Of a stretch of DNA of 58,410 nucleotides, positions 11,896 to 20,502 are shown piece after piece. Under the pieces are notes generated by a model. The model did no database searches. It was not told the origin of the DNA and was given only the letters and a program-made list of their open reading frames with translations. The first letter of the stretch is position 1. The number at the start of each line of letters is the position of its first letter. Source of the stretch: Patescibacteria group bacterium (lineage in GTDB: Bacteria; Patescibacteriota; Patescibacteriia; UBA9570); NCBI GenBank assembly GCA_024277435.1, contig JAJRVJ010000015.1, positions 1-58,410 on the forward strand, given 5' to 3'. The position numbers and the translations under genes were made by a program.

Positions 11896-12538
11896 CACAG
11901 ATGTAAAGGCTATTATTTTTGATATGGATGGCGTAATCGTAGATAGCGAGCCGCTTTATGATCAGTTATTGCGATATTGGTTACGCGAACACGAAGTAGA
12001 TGTGCCACTCGATTTTTATAGAGAGGTTCGTGGGGGTACTTGGAAGGTGGTATTTGAATATATTCAGAAAAACCTCTTGAAAGATATCGATCCACTAGAA
12101 ACGGCTAATGATATGTCCGATCGGATTGTGGATTACATTATACAAAAAGGGGTGCCACTATATGAGGGTTCAAGATTTGCCATTGAACAGTTAAGTAAGA
12201 AATATACATTAGCGGTTGCATCGAGTTCGCACCGCAATGTGGTAGAGCGGGTATTAGAGCATCATAGATTGCAGGAATATTTTTCTCACGTTACAACATT
12301 TAATGATGTGGTGCATCCTAAGCCACACCCTCAGCCATATGCCATGACCATGGCGGCATTAGGGGTGCAGCCCGAGGAAAGTGTAGTTATTGAAGATTCA
12401 CTAAATGGCACTAAGGCTGGTTTCGATGCCGGCGCATTTGTGTACGCATTACCGGACCATACAGCAGATCGTTCTAAATTTACGTCTATGGCAAAGGTGG
12501 TTCATAGCTTTGATGAGGTGTTAGCTGACCTGTTATAA
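11888..12538 (+). CDS. HAD family phosphatase
   Basis: FDMDGVIVDSE, KPHPQPY, IEDS motifs. Confidence 0.9.
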   Translation: MSDTDVKAIIFDMDGVIVDSEPLYDQLLRYWLREHEVDVPLDFYREVRGGTWKVVFEYIQKNLLKDIDPLETANDMSDRIVDYIIQKGVPLYEGSRFAIEQLSKKYTLAVASSSHRNVVERVLEHHRLQEYFSHVTTFNDVVHPKPHPQPYAMTMAALGVQPEESVVIEDSLNGTKAGFDAGAFVYALPDHTADRSKFTSMAKVVHSFDEVLADLL

Positions 12539-12549
12539 TACAGGTTGTA

Positions 12550-13125
12550 ATGTATTCAATAATTTTAGGATCAACTTCCCCGTATAAAAGGGCTTTATTA
12601 GAAGGCTATAATATTTCATTTACAGTTGAAGATAGTGGTGTTGATGAGAAGCAATTTCATCAAGACACAGTTGAACACACTGTACGTGTATTGGCAGAGA
12701 AAAAAGCTGAGGCAATTATCGAGGGACATAAAAATACAGAAACACTTATTATTACCACAGATGTGGCGGGTGATTTAGACGGTAAATTTTTAGGGAAGCC
12801 TGAATCCTTAGAGCAGGCGCAAGAAATGATCATGAGCTATTCTGGAAAAGAGGTTTTGATTTGGTGTGGCACTACAGTGGTGAATGCGCGTACTAATACA
12901 TTTTATACAGATGTAGCAAAAGCTAGTGTACAGTTTGCAGAATTAAATGAGCAAGATGTAGTGCGTTATGTGCAGGAAAAGAAGCCGATAGACAAAGGTG
13001 GCGCTATTGCGATTGAAGAAATTGAGGAGCGAGGGTTTATTCAGAAAATTACCGGGGAGTATGATGCGATTATTGGTATTTCCATGAAGTTTGTGTTAAA
13101 GATATTGCAAGAATACAATAAATAA
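12550..13125 (+). CDS. maf: Maf-like nucleoside triphosphate pyrophosphatase
   Basis: ILGSTSPYKRALL, LAEKKA, GKP, DKGGA motifs. Confidence 0.85.
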   Translation: MYSIILGSTSPYKRALLEGYNISFTVEDSGVDEKQFHQDTVEHTVRVLAEKKAEAIIEGHKNTETLIITTDVAGDLDGKFLGKPESLEQAQEMIMSYSGKEVLIWCGTTVVNARTNTFYTDVAKASVQFAELNEQDVVRYVQEKKPIDKGGAIAIEEIEERGFIQKITGEYDAIIGISMKFVLKILQEYNK

Positions 13126-13130
13126 TTACT

Positions 13131-14159
13131 ATGTCACCAGAGCGTCAACAATCTAGAAGGATTCCACAGGAAGGTGAACGTGAAAAAGAGTTGGGGCATC
13201 GTGATGTGTTGCAGGCATTTAATCGTGTTGGATATGAGCTGGGCTGGGAAATTAAGCGTTTGTTGTTAGAGGAAGATGGGGTATTTGATAATCGCAAAGG
13301 ATCTGGCTACACACAGGTAACATATCATTTATTACACGGTAGGTGGGACGCAAATACGCTATTTGATAGTGCTGTATATGAACGATTACTAGATCAACGA
13401 GAAGCAGATGGACTTAGGAAGGAGGCACGAGATTATGTGGAGGTGGATAAATTGAAACAGGCCGCAGCCATGCTAGGGCGGCCAGAGAGTAAGATGGTCG
13501 CTGATTTAATTGTTCAGAAATTTGAACCTTATGAGCCAACACCAGAGGATGTTGTGCTGAGAACTCCCAATGAGGCAGGTGTATCGAGTTATGATATGCC
13601 GCGGGTTGGATCTTGCACTTCAGCGGAACTGTATTATTTGGAATTTGTAAATAGCCCAGGTACATATCAATGGAGAAATGGTGATTCTGGAATGATGAAT
13701 GTTATAACCGATGCTAGTGGAGAGCCTATACTGCTAGAAAAAGAAGGTCTGGGGGACCCGTATTCTTGCATCACATTACGTGAAGTAGTTTGGGAGAGGT
13801 TTCTACTACCACCAGTAACACTAATGGCAGTTAAGTATCCAAAAGAAGCTACTAGTCAGGAACGAATAAATTTGGCACACGAAAAGCCATACTCCACAGA
13901 GATTGCATTAGATAGTTGTGTGTTTGTTCCTTTAAGGATTACGACGTTAGCAATTGCACCTGATCAACGAAAACGCGCATTTGGTCAGCATATAGATTTT
14001 CAGAAAAGAAATGGATTTCCAGATTTCGATACAATGCCTTTAGATGAGCTGGTTGAGCGTGCGAATGAAATGTTATTACCTGAACTTGAGCCATTGCAAT
14101 GGCCTAATGAAGCAGTAGGGGTTGCTAAGGAGGAAGGTCCTGAAGGTGACTTATGGTAA
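13131..14159 (+). CDS. Hypothetical protein
   Basis: 342-aa ORF in operon context; no recognisable motif. Confidence 0.7.
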   Translation: MSPERQQSRRIPQEGEREKELGHRDVLQAFNRVGYELGWEIKRLLLEEDGVFDNRKGSGYTQVTYHLLHGRWDANTLFDSAVYERLLDQREADGLRKEARDYVEVDKLKQAAAMLGRPESKMVADLIVQKFEPYEPTPEDVVLRTPNEAGVSSYDMPRVGSCTSAELYYLEFVNSPGTYQWRNGDSGMMNVITDASGEPILLEKEGLGDPYSCITLREVVWERFLLPPVTLMAVKYPKEATSQERINLAHEKPYSTEIALDSCVFVPLRITTLAIAPDQRKRAFGQHIDFQKRNGFPDFDTMPLDELVERANEMLLPELEPLQWPNEAVGVAKEEGPEGDLW

Positions 14160-14163
14160 TTAT

Positions 14164-14772
14164 ATGAAATTAATATTAGCGCGGCACGGACAAACAGATT
14201 GGAATGCAGATAAGCGACTGCAAGGCAATATTGATATTCCTCTAAATACACAAGGTTTAGAGCAGGCACAAAAACTCGCGGATTATTTTAGTGGCACGTC
14301 TATTGATGCGTTATATACAAGTAAGCTGCAGCGGGCTATTCAAACAGCAGAGCGCATTGCCACAGATCTCGACTTGCAACTCATTAAAGATGCTCGTCTT
14401 AATGAGTTTGATTGGGGTGTATTCAAGGGTGTGCCGGCAGCAGAGCGTGATGCGCATCCAGAACTTGGTCCGCAATGGCAGCGCGTGCGTGATGACATTC
14501 GTGCCGCCACAGAACATAAAGGAGAGATGTTTAATGATTTTGAACGCCGTGTACAGGATGTATTCGACGATATTATTTCAGCTCATGAGTCTGGAGAAAC
14601 AATTTTGATTGTGTCTCACGGATTTGTAAAACGTGTATTAGTTGCACATGCTATGAATCAACCGTATGAATCCATGGCAAATAAATATTGGCATAATGCT
14701 TCGTATAGTATTTTAACCAAAAGCACAGGCTCATTTGAACCTGTGCAATTGAATCAGACTGATCATCTATAG
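14164..14772 (+). CDS. Histidine phosphatase family protein
   Basis: RHGQT...SKLQRAIQTA...SHG motifs; start at ATG 14164. Confidence 0.9.
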   Translation: MKLILARHGQTDWNADKRLQGNIDIPLNTQGLEQAQKLADYFSGTSIDALYTSKLQRAIQTAERIATDLDLQLIKDARLNEFDWGVFKGVPAAERDAHPELGPQWQRVRDDIRAATEHKGEMFNDFERRVQDVFDDIISAHESGETILIVSHGFVKRVLVAHAMNQPYESMANKYWHNASYSILTKSTGSFEPVQLNQTDHL

Positions 14773-14776
14773 AATG

Positions 14777-14858
14777 TGCCGACGGAGAGACTCGAACTCT
14801 CACGGGTTGCCCCACTTGGTCCTAAACCAAGCGTGTCTACCAATTCCACCACGTCGGC
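14777..14858 (-). tRNA. tRNA-Leu (anticodon TAG), CCA not encoded
   Basis: GCCGACG acceptor stem, D-arm GGTGGAATTGGTAGAC, anticodon arm CTTGG-TTTAGGA-CCAAG, long variable arm, GTTCGAGTC T-loop. Confidence 0.95.
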
Positions 14859-14941
14859 GTATTACTTAAAGAGCGACTTATAAAATACTAAATAGCCGCA
14901 ACGTTGTCAATTCTTATGCAATCCGGCATACTATATATTAT

Positions 14942-15655
14942 ATGCAATTTCGATTATTATTTCTATCGGGAATTATTCTCTTAGCGGGTTGTACTAATGT
15001 TATTGATAATGGTAATGCTACAAGCATTGATAGCTCAAGCGATATCCCAGAGTGGTATTGGGCAGAATATTATATGACAGAATGCAATGGCGTGCCTTGG
15101 GTGGGTGAAACTGATGAAGAAATGATTCAGTATTATCAAGGACAATACGACATTGCTATTCAAGATGTGGTATCGATAGATAGTGATGATTTTGTGGCAA
15201 CTTGCGAGGCGTGTGGCTGTACAACGGGTGAGGTTGTACGAGTACAAGTAAGCCTGGAAGATCGTAAGAAATTATTGGATTTAGGATTTAGTGTAGAAGG
15301 TGATTATAAAAACCCTGCAACAGAGAAGAATAGTGATGATCAGGATGATGAAATAGATAATAATAATGAGGACGTAGTTATTGAAGAGACGGGTGATATA
15401 GTAGAAGAGTATTCACCAGAAGAACTAGTGGCAATAGAGGATGATATTATTCTTGAAGATATTGCAGCGAACGTGCAACTTGCGCTTAAAAAATATTATG
15501 AAACGAATCATAGTTATCCAGATACTCTAGAAGAGCTAGAAATGATTGTATATGATTTAGAACGTTTTACGTACACGCCAATTGGTACTACACCAGCTAA
15601 GTATTACGATCTTGTTGTAGCATACTCTACAGGGAGAGTTACGTTGAACCCCTAA
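14942..15655 (+). CDS. Hypothetical lipoprotein
   Basis: Lipobox LAGC; CEACGC motif; acidic linker; C-terminal LKKYYETNHSYPDTLEEL resembles GspG/pilin globular segments. Confidence 0.75.
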   Translation: MQFRLLFLSGIILLAGCTNVIDNGNATSIDSSSDIPEWYWAEYYMTECNGVPWVGETDEEMIQYYQGQYDIAIQDVVSIDSDDFVATCEACGCTTGEVVRVQVSLEDRKKLLDLGFSVEGDYKNPATEKNSDDQDDEIDNNNEDVVIEETGDIVEEYSPEELVAIEDDIILEDIAANVQLALKKYYETNHSYPDTLEELEMIVYDLERFTYTPIGTTPAKYYDLVVAYSTGRVTLNP

Positions 15656-15676
15656 GGATATATTGAATAATAATAG

Positions 15677-15704
15677 AACGTGGCTAATATTAGCCACGTT
15701 TTTT
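15677..15704 (+). terminator. Palindromic terminator-like element containing GCTAATATTAGC
   Basis: AACGTGGCTAATATTAGCCACGTT followed by TTTT. Confidence 0.6.
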
Positions 15705-16384
15705 AGTTGTACACTTTTTATCTATCGAAAGGATCACGGCTCAGTTATATACTTAAGGGGTATCTATTTTATATATAGAACACTAATACTTATCCACTAT
15801 TCGTTTATGAACAAAGTTCACTAAAAGAGAGATGATTAATTTTGTACCTATATGGTGCACTCATAGCTTTACAAACTTATGAACACATTTGGTCTACAAA
15901 TACAATTGTACTAGAGATATACTTATGTATTCTTTAGAAAAATGTTCTGAAGAATTAGTAATATACTTTATTAATCTAAATGAACAACCAATGAGGTGAG
16001 ATAATTAAGAAGTTCAATTTTCTGAACGGGCATTTACGAAGACCATATAATATTTATTCGGTCTATCTATATGCCCACTCAGAGTGTTGAACACTCATTC
16101 ATAATTGCGTCGAGAAATTGCTGAGGCCCAATTTTTAGTTGGCTCATCACGATTTCTCAACGCAGCCGTGAATAATTAACCAAAATAATTTATGCATCCA
16201 ATGGTAGTGGACATGATTGTCCAATAAATATCATTATATGGGCCATCCTGTGTAGACTCTTATAAGCAAGGCCTTATTGTAATATCTCCAAACAGGAAAA
16301 AGGAGGTGTACATCAGCAATTTTGCTTTTGTACATCTTGCTCTTTCTTGTTTTTTTGTTCTTTTCAATCAAATCCTACTCAATG

Positions 16385-16438
16385 TTCGCACCTGCGTGTG
16401 AGTTACGAATTCTTTCGTGATTTACTCGCAGGTGTGGA
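16385..16438 (+). other. Leader hairpin of cassette B
   Basis: ~24-bp stem with several G-U pairs on the + strand (TTCGCACCTGCG/CGCAGGTGTGGA; GTGAGTTACGAA/TTCGTGATTTAC), directly after TGTTCTTTTCAAT (16356-16368). Confidence 0.7.
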
Positions 16439-16509
16439 TGGGCCACACTCTGCAACATCAGCCAATGACAGGGATAATTTCATACCCCATAAGGCTAGTG
16501 GAGAGCGAT

Positions 16510-16722
16510 ATGTCTAAGGGCGTTCAGATTGATGTCGTGCAGGAGCAGGCTCCTTGCATCGTTAGTATCACCGGACCCAAGAGGGTGCAGTGTGCGCAGG
16601 AGATCGAGGCCATGAGCGCAGTACGGCACTCTCGGGTCGTGGAGGTTCGCTACGACGATGAGGCTATAACCGTAGTTGTATACGGTACACCTTGGTCGGA
16701 GGTTCAGGGCTGGTACAAGTAG
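16510..16722 (+). CDS. GC-enriched orphan protein, 70 aa (cassette B)
   Basis: GGAGAG before ATG 16510; AAG/GAG/CAG codon preference; followed by a long hairpin at 16741-16825. Confidence 0.6.
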   Translation: MSKGVQIDVVQEQAPCIVSITGPKRVQCAQEIEAMSAVRHSRVVEVRYDDEAITVVVYGTPWSEVQGWYK

Positions 16723-16956
16723 AGCCTGAGGTTCTTTTAGGGTAGGAAACGGGAGGGGTGTCATAATGTCGCAGATCTAGGCAGCGCTTGCCTGATGATC
16801 GCCATTTACCCCTCCTGTCCTAACCATTGTTCGTAAAGTAATTTGTGGATAGTGATTAAGGATTTGACGAAAGGAATTTTTCGTGATACTCTATCTCTAG
16901 ATTGAGTGTCCATAAGGGCACTTTTTGTTTTATGCCGTTCATGTGGTATCAAAATT

Positions 16957-18957
16957 ATGAAACACAAATTTATTCTTGTTATAGGCGTCTTAGTGCTATG
17001 GTTTTCTGTGGTGTCATTTTCTTCACCTACATATGCATGTGAAACGGAAGATGATACCGATGCTCCTACTGAAGAACCAGAGGAGGATATTGAGTATTCT
17101 AACGATATTATTATTACAGAGTTACTACCTAATCCAAGTGGCACAGAATCTACCGACGAATTTATTGAGCTCTATAACGATTCAGGAGAGACGGTTGATT
17201 TAGCTGGATGGCTATTATCGGATGCTACAACGAAGATGCATACATTGGATGGAAGCATTGGAGCTGGTCAGTATATGGTTGTGTATCGTGAGGTATCAAG
17301 TATTGCGTTAAATAATAGTGGTGATATTGTTGAGTTGTATAATCCAAATGAAGAGCTTGTTGATGAAATAGAATATATTAGTAGTGTAGCAGATGATGAA
17401 TCATATTCTTTAGAGAATGATGAGTGGTATTGGACTATGGATGCTACTCCTGGTCGCAGTAATAATATTATAAATGATGATCAAGAGGATGGTGAAGAGA
17501 GTGATTTAGGTGATGAAGAAAATAGTGAAGACGAAGAGGTTAGTGATAGTGATGAAGAATCTTCTGAGGAAACAGAAGATGAAATGTTGGGTTATGAATA
17601 TTCTACAGATATTATTCTTTCAGAATTATTGCCCGACCCAGAAGGGTCTGACGCTACTGATGAATGGATCGAACTTACGAATACAGGCAGTTCTTCCATT
17701 GATTTGTATGGTTGGCAAATTGGTGACCCTTCTAAAACATATACCATTCAAGAATCCACTATATTAGCTGGCGGAGAGTATCGCACATTCATGGTTACAG
17801 AAACTAGCGTTTCGTTGAATAATAGTGGCGATACTATATGGTTGTATGATCCAGCCGGCGACGTAATGGATGATGTGACGTATGAGGATGGCGAAACTGG
17901 CGCTTCGTATGCGTGGAGTGGATCGGTTTGGGATTGGACAAGTGAGCCTACTCCAGATGAGAGCAATACATTTTCTGGAATGGAGTCTACCCCGGAAGTT
18001 AGCGATAGCTCTACTTCATCACGAACTGTTCAGGATGCTAGTGAAGTAGGAGATAGTGATGAAGAGATAAGCGGCGTGATATCGATTGCCGCTGCTAAAC
18101 AATTACCAAAGGGCGAAGAGGTTATTGCTGCCGGTATCGTAAATGTATTACCAGGCGTATTTGGTTCACAATACTTTTATATACAAGATGATACATCTGG
18201 CGTACAAATATACTCATCCAAAAAAGATTTTCCAGATTTGGTAGTTGGTGATTATGTACAGGTAACGGGAAAAGTATCTGAAGCAAATGGTGAAAAGAAA
18301 ATTAATATCAGCGTGAGTAGTGATATTGTCGTTCAAGAAGTTGAACAGGAGGTTGTTATTCAAGAATTAAAAGAGTACGATGAGGTCTTATTAGGTAGTA
18401 TGATAACGACCAGCGGAGAAGTTGAGGAGAAATCTGGTAGCTCGTTAATATTCGATACAGAATGGGTGGTGTATATTAAGCGTGGTACAGAGATGAGTAT
18501 GAAGGAATTTTCGGAGGGGGATCATTTGCAGGTGCAAGGGATATTAACTGCTACCAATGATGGTATACGAATATTCCCACGATCGGAAGGTGATATCACA
18601 TCTATCACAGCAGAGGTTTCTGAAGCGAATTCAGCGCAAAGCGCTATTGAGCGCAGCGGAATAGTAAAGGCCGCGAACGCTCAATCGGACGCTACTATTG
18701 ATGTGACTGATAATGTAGTAGCCGGCATCCCAAGTTGGATGTGGTTATTAATAGGCGGTGGAGCGTTGGTTGGCCTTATTCTTCTGAGTCGGTCTGAGAA
18801 GCTAAGTAGTCATGTACGTAATTTTGTCGCTCGGTGGGTACGTGGTCTGGCAGCTCGATTTGACCAGCCGGCTGATTTAGGAAAAAATACCAAGGACTCA
18901 AAAATCCCGATCCCACGTCATGTACAATATCACGAGAATGAAACGTATTTCGGATAA
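16957..18957 (+). CDS. Surface protein with two lamin-tail domains, OB-folds and C-terminal TM helix
   Basis: Two IxxxELLPxPxGxxxxDExIEL repeats; FYIQDDTSGVQIY OB-fold segment; signal peptide from ATG 16957. Confidence 0.85.
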   Translation: MKHKFILVIGVLVLWFSVVSFSSPTYACETEDDTDAPTEEPEEDIEYSNDIIITELLPNPSGTESTDEFIELYNDSGETVDLAGWLLSDATTKMHTLDGSIGAGQYMVVYREVSSIALNNSGDIVELYNPNEELVDEIEYISSVADDESYSLENDEWYWTMDATPGRSNNIINDDQEDGEESDLGDEENSEDEEVSDSDEESSEETEDEMLGYEYSTDIILSELLPDPEGSDATDEWIELTNTGSSSIDLYGWQIGDPSKTYTIQESTILAGGEYRTFMVTETSVSLNNSGDTIWLYDPAGDVMDDVTYEDGETGASYAWSGSVWDWTSEPTPDESNTFSGMESTPEVSDSSTSSRTVQDASEVGDSDEEISGVISIAAAKQLPKGEEVIAAGIVNVLPGVFGSQYFYIQDDTSGVQIYSSKKDFPDLVVGDYVQVTGKVSEANGEKKINISVSSDIVVQEVEQEVVIQELKEYDEVLLGSMITTSGEVEEKSGSSLIFDTEWVVYIKRGTEMSMKEFSEGDHLQVQGILTATNDGIRIFPRSEGDITSITAEVSEANSAQSAIERSGIVKAANAQSDATIDVTDNVVAGIPSWMWLLIGGGALVGLILLSRSEKLSSHVRNFVARWVRGLAARFDQPADLGKNTKDSKIPIPRHVQYHENETYFG

Positions 18958-19684
18958 GTGATTCTAAATCTTCTTTATGTAAAATAGTGTGCTCTAATTC
19001 TTCACCAACTACTCGTAATTGATCGCGTTCTCGTACAGACAATAAACCACTCTCTACATATTCATCAAGTTTCTGCTTGAACTCATTTAGATACGTTTTA
19101 CGTGTTGTTACATCGATTGAAGCAAAGGCATGATTGTAGAGGCGTAATCCGAAAAAGAGATCAAACACATTATATTGACCAGCACGATATTCATGCACGT
19201 GCACCGACGGATCATAGCGTGGCCGGTTATGAATTACGGCTGCCTCACGCAATAAGAGGTGGCCAGTTGGCTTAAGCATGCGATGTAAATTATCCAGTAG
19301 TGTTTTTTGATCATCCTTACTCAGCGCAGTAAGTACACCATCTCCTAGAATGGCATCAAATGTATTATCTGGAAAATCTAATTTCATCCAGTCGTTAATA
19401 ACGATAGTTTCATTGGGATGATATTTGAAATGCATCATTTCAGATTTTTCATGCATGGCATCTTCATTATGGTCAACAGTTGTAAGTATATGATCATTTT
19501 CCAAAACAATATCTCGTAGCTCTGGGGTGGCGCCTAATACGAGCGCATGAATACTTTCGGCACCCTCAATCATTCGACTATATAGCTGGTTGAATTTTTC
19601 TAAGGTTAATTCTGATGCAGCAGGAACATCCACTTTTCCAAAGCGTTTAGTTTGCTGTAACTTACTTTTTCCTTTATCAAACAT
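18776..19684 (-). CDS. Class I SAM-dependent methyltransferase
   Basis: LVLGATPE, FDAILGDG, LKPTG motifs. Start at MFDKG (19684), since the longer ORF overlaps the asparaginase gene. Confidence 0.8.
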   Translation of the reverse strand: MFDKGKSKLQQTKRFGKVDVPAASELTLEKFNQLYSRMIEGAESIHALVLGATPELRDIVLENDHILTTVDHNEDAMHEKSEMMHFKYHPNETIVINDWMKLDFPDNTFDAILGDGVLTALSKDDQKTLLDNLHRMLKPTGHLLLREAAVIHNRPRYDPSVHVHEYRAGQYNVFDLFFGLRLYNHAFASIDVTTRKTYLNEFKQKLDEYVESGLLSVRERDQLRVVGEELEHTILHKEDLESLIRNTFHSRDIVHDVGSGFLSPWYFFLNQPAGQIELPDHVPTERQNYVHDYLASQTDSEE

Positions 19685-19739
19685 ACCGTAAGTATACTCA
19701 GTGTGCAGCTCTTTTGCAATCTGATATACTATATGTATT

Positions 19740-20243
19740 ATGTCTATTAAACTATTGATTACAGGAGGAACCTTTGATAAGGAGTATAATGAGCTAAATG
19801 GGTTGTTGTATTTTAAAAATACACACGTGCCTGAAATGCTCACCATGGCCCGTAGCCAGCTGGACGTTGAAGTTAAAACGTTAATGATGGTGGATAGCTT
19901 AGAAATAACAGAGGTGCAACGGGCATTAATTGTTTCTGAGTGCGCAAAAGCTGAACAAGATAAGATAGTTATTACCCACGGTACTGATACAATGACAATA
20001 ACAGCTAAACGTATTGCGGAAGTTGTTAAGGATAAAACTATCGTTCTCACTGGAGCGATGATGCCGTTTAAATTTGGCTCTTCTGATGGGTTGTTTAATA
20101 TGGGGTCCGCTCTGGCATTTGTGCAGATTTTGGAGCCAGGGGTGTATATAGCCATGAATGGAAAATATTTTCATTGGGAGAATGTAGAAAAAAATCGTAT
20201 GTACGGACGATTTGAGGGGAAGTCGAGCGATAGTAGTAATTGA
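19740..20243 (+). CDS. Short asparaginase (N-terminal catalytic domain only)
   Basis: TGGTFDK, HGTDTM, LTGAM, SDGLFN motifs. Confidence 0.9.
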   Translation: MSIKLLITGGTFDKEYNELNGLLYFKNTHVPEMLTMARSQLDVEVKTLMMVDSLEITEVQRALIVSECAKAEQDKIVITHGTDTMTITAKRIAEVVKDKTIVLTGAMMPFKFGSSDGLFNMGSALAFVQILEPGVYIAMNGKYFHWENVEKNRMYGRFEGKSSDSSN

Positions 20244-20320
20244 CAAACGGCCGTTTTTTTGCTACACTTGTATTATCAATTGCAGAATTATTTGCAATAA
20301 AAAAATAAAAATAAAAAAAT

Positions 20321-20434
20321 ATGTCAATTCAATACGCCGTAGTGCATCTCCGAATCGGAGGTGACCCAATCTACATGGGCGTTGCACGCCGCAACTTGTT
20401 TTATCGGGTGATGCAATATCTAAAACAACGCTAA
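20321..20434 (+). CDS. Putative 37-aa small protein with own promoter and terminator
   Basis: TTGACA (20240-20245)-17-TACACT (20263-20268); A-rich leader; MSIQYAVVHLRIGGDPIYMGVARRNLFYRVMQYLKQR*; AAAACAACG/CGTTGTTTT hairpin plus T-tract over the stop. Confidence 0.45.
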   Translation: MSIQYAVVHLRIGGDPIYMGVARRNLFYRVMQYLKQR

Positions 20435-20502
20435 TAACGTTGTTTTTGTTTTACGAAGAATAGCTATCTTGGCCGTCTTTTTTTTGTTATACTAGAGCAG
20501 CA

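Noticed and set aside
15700-16070. Replication origin in the AT-rich gap (TTATCCACT at 15790; TGTGGATAG near 16844)
   Set aside because: Only isolated one-mismatch DnaA boxes, no cluster and no dnaA/dnaN nearby.
19685-20155. N-terminal extension of the 459-aa minus-strand ORF
   Set aside because: Antisense shadow of the asparaginase gene; methyltransferase-like sequence begins at 19684.
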